From an uncultured Bacteroidales bacterium (lineage in GTDB: Bacteria; Bacteroidota; Bacteroidia; Bacteroidales; Tenuifilaceae), in the NCBI GenBank assembly GCA_937926785.1, contig CALBBQ010000013.1:3209-67208 (forward strand): 64,000 bases of DNA, in the 5' to 3' direction. Below the pieces are notes generated by a model that saw only the letters and a program-made list of their open reading frames with translations, ran no database searches and was not told the origin of the DNA. Below, piece by piece: positions 10,361 through 18,534 of the stretch. Positions within the stretch are counted from its first letter, which is position 1. Each line of letters starts with the position of its first letter. A program made the translations under genes and the position numbers.

Positions 10361-10389
10361 AAAAAAAAGCAGGACGCCAGTCCTGCTTT
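10361..10389 (-). terminator. Terminator of the RND efflux operon
   Basis: Minus strand AAAGCAGGAC-TGGC-GTCCTGC followed by T8. Confidence 0.8.
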
Positions 10390-10418
10390 AGATACAATGA
10401 ATAGGGTTACAACACTGC

Positions 10419-11606
10419 TTAGTATGAATACCTATTGAGTTCGATAAAGGTTTTGAGGTACTCGTTCTGCAGCTCCAGCAATTTTAGGCGAAGCCCGTAA
10501 ATGCCTGAAAGCTCTGTATAGTAATCAACAACCGATATCTCGCCCTTTTCCAGGGCAAGGGTCAACTTGGCTTCAATATCTAATTTATCTAATGTTGAAC
10601 TCAGCTGATTAATGTTATCGCTAAGCGACCTTGCTCTATCGTAAAGCGATTTTGAACGAAGCCTGAAACTTAAGAGGTAGTCCTCTGCGGCGAGCTGTAA
10701 CTGCTTGGCATTCGCCTTAGCATACCTTACGGTATTTGCCTTCTCCCAAAGGGGGATTTTGATCCCGGCTACAACTCCTTGAAACTGTTCGCCGGCAACC
10801 TTTTCGCTGGCATAGCCTGCATGAAAGGATGGTAAGCTTTCGGATTTTGAAAGCTTCACTTGCAGCTCACCCAATGCCACCTGGGAATTTAGAAACTGAA
10901 TTTCAGGGTTTTGCTGTTCTGCAGTGGCTAACCAACCCTCAAGAGTAACGGGTAGCATTGGCAGCACCATTACTGAATCGGTTATGCTAGCAGGGATACC
11001 TCCATTTATTGAATTTAAATCGCTGTAAATGGATTTTAGAGAACTTTCGGCCAACTTAAGCGACGTGAACACCTCCTGTAGTTTAAGCTCTGCCTGAGTA
11101 AGAGGGATTATCCCTATTTCGCCCACCTCCATTTTTCGACGAAGCGCATTGGCAATAACCTGAGCACTTCTGAACTGGCGTGTCAGCTCATTAACCAAAG
11201 CGACATGGTAAACATAATCAACATAAAGCTTATGAGCGTTGCTTAGTATCTCGGTTCGACGAGTGCGAAAGTCGTACTCCAGCAATGATGAACGGTTTGT
11301 TGCAATCTTACCTCGGTATAGGTAAGCAGTTGGGAAATCAAAGCTTTGGGTTATGCTGATTGTTGTTTTATTGCCAATATCCACCGGGCTCCCCCATTGG
11401 TAAGTGATTTCAGCTTCAGGATTCGGGGGAGTTAACCCAATTCGCGAAGCAATCTTCTCGGCCTGCAGCTTCTGCCTCAAGGCTTTCAGGGTAAGGTTAT
11501 TGTTATCTACTTGCTGTAAAAAGTTTTGCAAACTGCTATTCTGCGCATTTACCAACGATACAAAGGTAAGAGTAAGTAACAGACAGAGCATTTTATTCTT
11601 CGCCAT
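10419..11606 (-). CDS. TolC-family outer-membrane efflux protein
   Basis: Likely ATG at 11606 (MAKNKML, signal peptide), overlapping the RND stop by 14 bp. NNLTLKA, helical repeats, GIKIPLW and LEKGEISVVDY. Confidence 0.88.
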   Translation of the reverse strand: MAKNKMLCLLLTLTFVSLVNAQNSSLQNFLQQVDNNNLTLKALRQKLQAEKIASRIGLTPPNPEAEITYQWGSPVDIGNKTTISITQSFDFPTAYLYRGKIATNRSSLLEYDFRTRRTEILSNAHKLYVDYVYHVALVNELTRQFRSAQVIANALRRKMEVGEIGIIPLTQAELKLQEVFTSLKLAESSLKSIYSDLNSINGGIPASITDSVMVLPMLPVTLEGWLATAEQQNPEIQFLNSQVALGELQVKLSKSESLPSFHAGYASEKVAGEQFQGVVAGIKIPLWEKANTVRYAKANAKQLQLAAEDYLLSFRLRSKSLYDRARSLSDNINQLSSTLDKLDIEAKLTLALEKGEISVVDYYTELSGIYGLRLKLLELQNEYLKTFIELNRYSY

Positions 11607-14600
11607 TTTCAGAAATTTTATCAGGTTTAACAAACAAGTTGTAAACAATGGGAATGATATACATGTTTAAAAGAGTTGATGTTAACAAACCACCCAGGAT
11701 TACTTTAGCCATTGGGCTTTGAATCTCATTTCCGGACATGTGACCATTAAAAGCAAGTGGAATTAGTGCCAGCGCTGCCGTGAGAGCAGTCATCAGTATA
11801 GCGTTTAGCCTATCCGATGATCCCCGCTCAACTACCTCCTGAATACCATGTCCCATTTTTCTGTAGCGTAAGTAGTTTGACACTAAAAGTATTCCATTTC
11901 GGGTTGCTATGCCAAAAAGCGAAATGAAACCTATTATGGCAGGAATACTGATCACTCCAGAGGTCAACCAAATGGCAAAAACACCCCCAATTAGAGCCAA
12001 TGGCAAGTTCAACAGTATAACACCGGCCAATCCGAAGTTACGAAATTCTATAAAAAGAAGCATAAATATCACCAAAATTGATAAAAATGATGCGATAAGC
12101 AGGGTTCGTGAGGCCCGAGCCTCACTCTCAAACTGACCCCCGTACTCAATGCGGTATCCTTCGGGGAAACTTATATTTTCATCAATTTTTCGTTTGATAT
12201 CATTGACAACGCCTCGCAAATCTCTACTTGCCACGTTAGCCGATATTACAAGTTTTCGTTGGACGTTCTCCCTACTTATGGCATTAGGCCCGGTGGTTGA
12301 AATCACCTCGGCAACATTTGCCAAGGGCACCTTTCCCTGGGTGGGCGAATCGATAAGGATAGACCTTATTCCCTCCAGTGATGATGAGTATGTAGAATCG
12401 AGCCGGACAACCAGGTCGAAGCGTTGCTGACCCTCATATATATCGGCAAGCTTCTCACCTCCAAGAACTACCTCAATGAATTCATTAAATTCTTCAAGAC
12501 TAATTCCATACCAGGCAAGTAAGGCTCGGTTAGCCCTAATCTGAATCTGTGGAACATCAACCTGTTGCTCAACATTCACATCAACCAAACCATCAATATC
12601 TACTATTTCGGACTTTATTTGGTTACCTATGCTGTAAAGCCTTGTAAGGTCGTTACCAAAAATCTTTAAGGCAATACTAGCCCTTGTTCCGGTGAGCATA
12701 TGGTCAATCCGATGCCCTAGTGGCTGACCAACCGTTACTGCAATACCCGGAATGCGGGCAAGGGATGAGCGGACATCGGCTAGAACCTCATCAATTTTAC
12801 GGTTTTTCAGCTCAAAATTGACATCAATTTCAGAGCTATTGGTTGCCTGTGAATGCTCGTCGAGTTCTCCCCTACCCGTTCTACGAGCCGTCGATACAAC
12901 CTCGGGTATGGCCAGCAATTGATGCTCAATGTAGTTACCCACTGTATTAGTCTCATCGAGCGATGTACCCGGTGGGGTTACCACCGAAAGGGTTAAGGAA
13001 CCTTCATTGAACTCGGGCAAGAAACTACGCCCCATTCTTGAAATAAGAAACACGGATAATGCAAATAGAATAACCGTTCCGGTTAGCAGCACCTTTTTAT
13101 GCCTCATGGCATACCGAAGAGAACTTTCGTACCAACGTATTAACCTTGCGGTAAGCCATTGTTCGTGGCTATGTCGCTTCAAGTACCTATCGTTTGAAAG
13201 AAGCATCTGGGCGAGAACTGGTGTTAGGGTCATGGCAACCAGCAACGACATGGAAAGAGAAACGATAAAGGAGATGCCCAGGGGTTTCAGCATGCGGCCT
13301 TCCATGCCACTCAGGAAGAAAAGGGGCAAAAAGGCAACAATAATTATCAGTGTAGCATTTAGTATGGATGAGCGGATCTCCCGGGATGCCTCGAACACCA
13401 CCGTAAAGTTAGATTGCCTCTCGCCTTGGGGTTTAAGTCGGTTTTGCCGTAACCGCTTGTAAACATTCTCCACATCGATAATAGCATCGTCCACCAGCGA
13501 GCCGATGGCAATAGCCATACCCCCCAGGCTCATGGTATTAATGTTTAGACCAAGAAACTTCATCACCACAAAAGTTGCCAGCAGCGAAATGGGAATCGCA
13601 AGTAACGAGATTATGGTTGTTCTGAAGCTGCCAAGAAAAAGAATTAAAATGATGGAAACAAAAATAGCACCCTCAATTAGAGCCTGTTGCACATTTCCAA
13701 CCGAGCGCTCAATAAAATCGGCCTGTCGGAAAATTTTAGTGTTTAACCGCACATCGGGAGGTAATGTTTTTTTCAGGTTTTCAAGGTTTTCCTCAATTCT
13801 GCGGGTTACTTCCAGCGTGTTGATGTTGGGCTGCTTTGATATTGAGAGGATAACTGCCGGCGTTGCATTGCTCGAAGCATATCCCATTTTAGGTGCAGCC
13901 CCCACATGCACATCCGCAATATCGCTCACCACTACCGGTAAACCATTACGTGTGGCAACCAGCGTCATACCAAGCTGTTCAATATCAGAAGTGCGAGCCA
14001 AACCACGGACCACATACTCATTCCCGTACTCACGAATGTTAACCCCTGATGAGTTTAGGCTGATGAACCGGCAGGCGTTTACTAGTTCATGCATGGAAAC
14101 GCCCATGTGCAACATGCGAACGGGATCGGCAACCACCTGGTACTGCTTATAATCACCTCCAATTATGGTAACCTGCGATACCCCACCCGTTGATAGGATT
14201 AGAGGCTTAACTGTCCATTCGGCCAGCGTCCGCAAATCCATCATACTAGTGCTATCGGCCTGTAAGCCAACAAAAAATATCTCACCCATAACGCTACTCT
14301 GGGGAGCAAGCATGGGTTGTCCCACCCCCATGGGCATTTGTTGAGCTACAGCAATAAGCTTCTCGCTAACAACCTGACGAGCTTTAAAAACATCCACACC
14401 CCATTCGAATTCTACCCAAACAAATGAGAACCCTTGTGCCGATACCGAACGTACCCTTCGAACATCAGTAGCACCATTCACGGCTGTTTCAATGGGGAAG
14501 GTAACCAATCGTTCTACTTCTTCGGCAGCCATACCATGTGCATCGGTCATCACAACTACCGTGGGTGCTGTCAGGTCAGGAAATACATCGATATCCATTT

Positions 14601-14697
14601 GCGAAACCGTGTACAAACCAACAAGAACCAACACCAAACTGCTGATAAGTATCAGATACTTGTTCCTGAGAGAAAAACTAATCAGTTTATCGAGCAT
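11593..14697 (-). CDS. CusA/CzcA-family heavy-metal efflux RND permease
   Basis: 1034 aa. MLDKLISFSLRN, DVFPDLTAPTV, TM4 IGSLVDDAIIDVENV, FLPEFNEGS, RLNAILMTALTA, PMAKVILGGL. Confidence 0.93.
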   Translation of the reverse strand: MLDKLISFSLRNKYLILISSLVLVLVGLYTVSQMDIDVFPDLTAPTVVVMTDAHGMAAEEVERLVTFPIETAVNGATDVRRVRSVSAQGFSFVWVEFEWGVDVFKARQVVSEKLIAVAQQMPMGVGQPMLAPQSSVMGEIFFVGLQADSTSMMDLRTLAEWTVKPLILSTGGVSQVTIIGGDYKQYQVVADPVRMLHMGVSMHELVNACRFISLNSSGVNIREYGNEYVVRGLARTSDIEQLGMTLVATRNGLPVVVSDIADVHVGAAPKMGYASSNATPAVILSISKQPNINTLEVTRRIEENLENLKKTLPPDVRLNTKIFRQADFIERSVGNVQQALIEGAIFVSIILILFLGSFRTTIISLLAIPISLLATFVVMKFLGLNINTMSLGGMAIAIGSLVDDAIIDVENVYKRLRQNRLKPQGERQSNFTVVFEASREIRSSILNATLIIIVAFLPLFFLSGMEGRMLKPLGISFIVSLSMSLLVAMTLTPVLAQMLLSNDRYLKRHSHEQWLTARLIRWYESSLRYAMRHKKVLLTGTVILFALSVFLISRMGRSFLPEFNEGSLTLSVVTPPGTSLDETNTVGNYIEHQLLAIPEVVSTARRTGRGELDEHSQATNSSEIDVNFELKNRKIDEVLADVRSSLARIPGIAVTVGQPLGHRIDHMLTGTRASIALKIFGNDLTRLYSIGNQIKSEIVDIDGLVDVNVEQQVDVPQIQIRANRALLAWYGISLEEFNEFIEVVLGGEKLADIYEGQQRFDLVVRLDSTYSSSLEGIRSILIDSPTQGKVPLANVAEVISTTGPNAISRENVQRKLVISANVASRDLRGVVNDIKRKIDENISFPEGYRIEYGGQFESEARASRTLLIASFLSILVIFMLLFIEFRNFGLAGVILLNLPLALIGGVFAIWLTSGVISIPAIIGFISLFGIATRNGILLVSNYLRYRKMGHGIQEVVERGSSDRLNAILMTALTAALALIPLAFNGHMSGNEIQSPMAKVILGGLLTSTLLNMYIIPIVYNLFVKPDKISENGEE

Positions 14698-14709
14698 ATC
14701 AGATGTTTT

Positions 14710-16248
14710 TTAGTGAACATGACCCGAGTGTGCATCTAGCTTACCAGAACTCTGAGCCATTTTAACATAAATTGCCCCGCGGGTAACAATTCGTTCGCCG
14801 ACCCGAAGTCCGGAGACAACCTGAACCCTTAATCCATCTGAACCCCCAAGTTTTACCTCTCTTTTTTCAAATAATTCGGGTTGAAGCTGTACAATTACAA
14901 AATAGTTACCCTGTTCCTCCAAGATAGAGGTTTGAGGAACCGTAATAGCAATCTGATCAGGCTTGCAAAGCAAAAACACTTCAACAAAATCGCCATTTGT
15001 AAGTTTATCGGTATGAGGTATTTCAAGTGTAACCGGAAGTAAGTGATTGTCAGCGGTAATTGATTTTCCTGCAGCGACAATTCTGCCGGCAAGTGTTCCA
15101 ATATTAAGAACTGTAGCGGTTGAACTAACTCTGATATTCGCATCGCTTAATGAACTTATCAGCCGGGCAAACCTTGGCTGAACGTAACATTGAATTTGTT
15201 GGCTTTTAGAACCAGTTAGTCTTATTAGAGGCTGACCAACGGAAACGAAATCGCCGTTTCTAACCATAACTGCGGCAACCTCTCCATTTAACGGACTTGA
15301 AATTGTCTGCCCTTCCGAAGAGTTATGCTGAACAATGGCCTGATAAGCGGCCTGGGCTACTTCATATTCGGTCCTGGCGCGATCCAGCTCTGCGGTTGAT
15401 GCTACGTTTTCAACAGCTAATGCCTTAAGCCGCTCATAAGCGGATCGGGCTAGCTCAAACCGGCTCTTGGCTTCGGCAAACCTGATGGAGAAGTTATTGT
15501 CTGTCCCGCCTTGGGATGAAATGCGTAGTAGCGGTTCAGATTTTTTCACACCCATTCCAGGAGTTAACTGCTTTTCGGCAAAATCTATCACACCCGAAAT
15601 CCCGGCTACCACCACCTGCTCATCCTGCTGTGCAGGCATTACCCTTCCAGTTGTTTGTATCACCTGGCCTAATGGCCACAAAGCAACCAACTCGGTGGCA
15701 AAATCTACGGCCCAAGCCTGCTCCTTGCTGAACTTGATGGTATTACCATTCGACTCATGTACATGATCCTCCTCCCAGTCGTGTTCGCAGTGGTAAACAT
15801 TAAGATTGCCCAGGTTCACAGAGTGATGTTGGCCATTCCATGAAAGCATAAGCTTGGCATTGGCCTTGCCATGAGCATCGAATTTTACCGGGATAAGAAA
15901 AATGCCCTTAGCTCCTGTTGATTGGGCTTGGAATGAGTAAACCTTACCATTCAGGTCGATATCAAGCCTAAGGCTGTCGGGCTCTAACGGCTTAAAACTG
16001 GTTAAGCTTGTAAGGTGCACTGCCAGGTCAACATTCTTGCCTGAAACCATGGGGCTGCCAACTATGTAAATTTCCAAACTATCGGTATAATTGACAAAAT
16101 GAACTACCTCCTCTGTGGCATGAGACCCTGCTTCATGGTCATGAGCATGCGGATCGGATTCAGCAGTTCCATGTTTACCATTGCATGCCGTAAAAAATAA
16201 TGGAATGGCAACGATAAAATGAAATATATATCTGTTCATACTTTTCAA
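14710..16248 (-). CDS. RND periplasmic adaptor (membrane-fusion) lipoprotein, His-rich
   Basis: TTG at 16248 or ATG at 16239. Lipobox FFTAC, His clusters PHAHDH, HCEHDWEEDHVH and terminal AHSGHVH. ISSPLNGEV, FEKREVKLG and SGLRVGERIVTRGA. Confidence 0.9.
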   Translation of the reverse strand: MKSMNRYIFHFIVAIPLFFTACNGKHGTAESDPHAHDHEAGSHATEEVVHFVNYTDSLEIYIVGSPMVSGKNVDLAVHLTSLTSFKPLEPDSLRLDIDLNGKVYSFQAQSTGAKGIFLIPVKFDAHGKANAKLMLSWNGQHHSVNLGNLNVYHCEHDWEEDHVHESNGNTIKFSKEQAWAVDFATELVALWPLGQVIQTTGRVMPAQQDEQVVVAGISGVIDFAEKQLTPGMGVKKSEPLLRISSQGGTDNNFSIRFAEAKSRFELARSAYERLKALAVENVASTAELDRARTEYEVAQAAYQAIVQHNSSEGQTISSPLNGEVAAVMVRNGDFVSVGQPLIRLTGSKSQQIQCYVQPRFARLISSLSDANIRVSSTATVLNIGTLAGRIVAAGKSITADNHLLPVTLEIPHTDKLTNGDFVEVFLLCKPDQIAITVPQTSILEEQGNYFVIVQLQPELFEKREVKLGGSDGLRVQVVSGLRVGERIVTRGAIYVKMAQSSGKLDAHSGHVH

Positions 16249-16333
16249 ACTTATTAGAAACGAAACTATTAAATGACATTTGTACAGGAAGAGAATTTCT
16301 CCTGAAAAGCATTACTCAACCTTGAAAAGCTTA

Positions 16334-16753
16334 TTAAAAGGGAGGCGCTCTGAATAGAAAACTGCTGGTTAAGAATCTTTGCCGTAGTGGAAAATAGTCA
16401 ATTAGACTAAACTTTCGGTAAATGATTGATGTTAATAAGGAAAAGCTCTCTGCAGATATACCCGATAAAAGATAATACTCAAATTGAATTGTGGGCCAAG
16501 TCAACAATACACCAACAAACCTGAACTTCTCCACCTGTGTGATATCGTTCAGTAAGCTGCACGATTGTGGGTACGAGGGGTTATGTGAAGCATTACTGCC
16601 CTCTCCATTGCTGGTGCCATTGTGGTTAAACTGGCCATGGCGCAACTCCACGAAACAAATAGAGCCATTGTGATGGTGATGAGGCACGAGATTATGTACC
16701 TGTATCATCACAAGCCCGGCAATAAGGAAAGCTAAAGCTATGCCTCGTTTCAT
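16334..16753 (-). CDS. Exported His-rich leader protein (DUF6769-like) ending in RAPP; candidate regulatory arrest peptide
   Basis: ATG at 16753, just downstream of TATATTTG (16777-16770). N-terminal hydrophobic segment, PHHHHNGSIC, and C-terminus FLFRAPPF-stop-stop. First gene of the efflux operon. Confidence 0.8.
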   Translation of the reverse strand: MKRGIALAFLIAGLVMIQVHNLVPHHHHNGSICFVELRHGQFNHNGTSNGEGSNASHNPSYPQSCSLLNDITQVEKFRFVGVLLTWPTIQFEYYLLSGISAESFSLLTSIIYRKFSLIDYFPLRQRFLTSSFLFRAPPF

Positions 16754-16936
16754 ACCCAAAGCGTTGCGGCAAATATACATTAAGATTTAGATTTACCTAT
16801 TGGGTTTAAGAATATTTGTATTCAAGGTAGAAATAATAGCACTAAGACATATTAATTTGATTTTCTTTACGTTACGTGTGTTTTTTAGGTTTTATTTTCC
16901 AAATAACATATATTTGCACCAAATGGTGTTTGCCTT

Positions 16937-17686
16937 ATGCAAATCGCTTTACTTTCGCTAAATACGCTATACATCATACACATCTTTGTATTATTGTTAG
17001 CAATTGCATACCTAATACTATCCCGTCGAAGACTTAAGCGTACAGTGCTCAGGTACGAGCAACAAATGTTGCTTTCACAGATGAATCCCCATTTCGTGTT
17101 CAACTCGCTAACTGCCATTCAAAGTTTTATTTTCCGTAACGAGCCCCATACGGCAAGTAAGTACCTTGCAAGTTTTGCTAAGCTTACCAGACTTATTCTT
17201 GAAAACTCCAGGGCTGAACTCTGTAGTATAGAAAGGGAAATTACAACCCTTAAACTTTACCTCGATCTGCAAAAATTAAGGTTCGATAATAGGTTTGAAT
17301 ACTCTATTGAGGTTGATGAGAAGATCGACCCTTCACACATTTTAATTCCTCCCATGCTTGCACAACCCCTCATAGAGAATGCCATTGAACACGGTTTAAA
17401 TGGCATTGATTGGCCCGGAAAGATTATCATTCGATACTCAATACCTGAACCAAAGCAAGTCATCATAGAGGTTGAAGATAATGGCATAGGGATAGAAAAA
17501 TCAAAGGAAAAACAGCTATTGACAGGCAAAAAGCATAAGTCCCTGGCCACCGAGATTATCGAAGATAGAATCAGGAACTTAAAAAAACTAGGAAATTACG
17601 GAATTAAATTGAACGTTTTGGACAAAACGGTATCGTTGAAGAACGGGAAAGGCACGATTGCACGAATTGAAATTCCAATTAAGTAA
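16937..17686 (+). CDS. LytS-type histidine kinase with a single N-terminal TM and no evident sensor domain
   Basis: SQMNPHFVFNSL H-box, IPPMLAQPLIENAIEHG, VEDNGIG. Own TATATTTG at 16909-16916. Confidence 0.88.
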   Translation: MQIALLSLNTLYIIHIFVLLLAIAYLILSRRRLKRTVLRYEQQMLLSQMNPHFVFNSLTAIQSFIFRNEPHTASKYLASFAKLTRLILENSRAELCSIEREITTLKLYLDLQKLRFDNRFEYSIEVDEKIDPSHILIPPMLAQPLIENAIEHGLNGIDWPGKIIIRYSIPEPKQVIIEVEDNGIGIEKSKEKQLLTGKKHKSLATEIIEDRIRNLKKLGNYGIKLNVLDKTVSLKNGKGTIARIEIPIK

Positions 17687-18414
17687 TGGTAAAGGCAGTA
17701 ATAGTTGACGATGAAAGGCATGCAAGAGATTCTCTGGCTCAAATGCTTAATGTTTATTGCCCGGCTGTTGCCGTAACGGGTTCTGCCGATGGAATCCAGT
17801 CAGCTTATCAGCTCATCATATCCACCAAACCCGACTTGGTGTTTCTGGATATGCAGCTTGTAGATGGTCACGGTTTCGATCTTTTAAAAAAATTTGATCG
17901 CATTCCCTTCAAGGTAATCATAATCTCGGCATATCAGGAATACGCCGTTAAAGCCTTCAAGTTCAGCGCTGTTGATTACCTTCTTAAGCCTATTGACCCC
18001 GACGACCTTGCTAAAGCGGTTGACATAGCCCTTTTACAGGACTTAAACGATAAACAGCAAGAACGGCTGAATGCTCTTATTGAGAATACAAGTAATGTGA
18101 GCAAAAAGAAGAAACTGCTTGCTCTCAGAAATTCCGAAGGCACCTTTATAGTCAATACGCTGGAAATAGTTCGATGCGAGTCCAATAACAATACTACAAC
18201 ATTTGTTCTGGTGGATGGAAATAAGATTAGAGTAAACCGAACTCTCAGGGAATTTGACGAAATGCTGAACGAATGTGGATTTTTACGTTGCCACCAGTCG
18301 CACTTGGTAAATCAGATGCATATCGAGAAGATATCGCGCTTTCCATCGTCGGTAATTACCATGGACAATGGTGATGTTGTTCCGGTATCTTTTCGAAAAA
18401 GGAAATCATTATGA
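17686..18414 (+). CDS. LytTR-family response regulator
   Basis: VIVDDE, LVFLDMQL, AVDYLLKP and C-terminal FLRCHQSHLVN. 1-bp overlap with the kinase. Confidence 0.92.
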   Translation: MVKAVIVDDERHARDSLAQMLNVYCPAVAVTGSADGIQSAYQLIISTKPDLVFLDMQLVDGHGFDLLKKFDRIPFKVIIISAYQEYAVKAFKFSAVDYLLKPIDPDDLAKAVDIALLQDLNDKQQERLNALIENTSNVSKKKKLLALRNSEGTFIVNTLEIVRCESNNNTTTFVLVDGNKIRVNRTLREFDEMLNECGFLRCHQSHLVNQMHIEKISRFPSSVITMDNGDVVPVSFRKRKSL

Positions 18415-18436
18415 TAATCGGGTTACTACAAGATCA

Positions 18437-18515
18437 GTTAACCTTAAGTTAACATTGCGTTAGCTTAAAGGTAAAATTAAAGTGGTCATTCTTACATTAC
18501 GTGGAGATAACTTTG
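18437..18515 (+). promoter_or_regulatory. Four 11-bp-period repeats (candidate Pho box) plus -7 promoter element of the phosphate transporter
   Basis: GTTAAC 18437, GTTAAC 18448, GTTAGC 18459, GGTAAA 18470; TAACTTTG at 18508-18515. Confidence 0.7.
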
Positions 18516-18534
18516 CACTGCAAATTTTTACACA

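Noticed and set aside
16246-16253. TAAGTTTG on the minus strand as an internal promoter for the adaptor gene
   Set aside because: It overlaps the start-codon region and would leave almost no leader; likely chance. It should still be excluded by TSS mapping because it bears on the RAPP model.
18380-18450. Possible frameshift shortening the LytTR C-terminus (ends RKRKSL)
   Set aside because: The domain appears essentially complete and the alternative frames give no convincing conserved tail.
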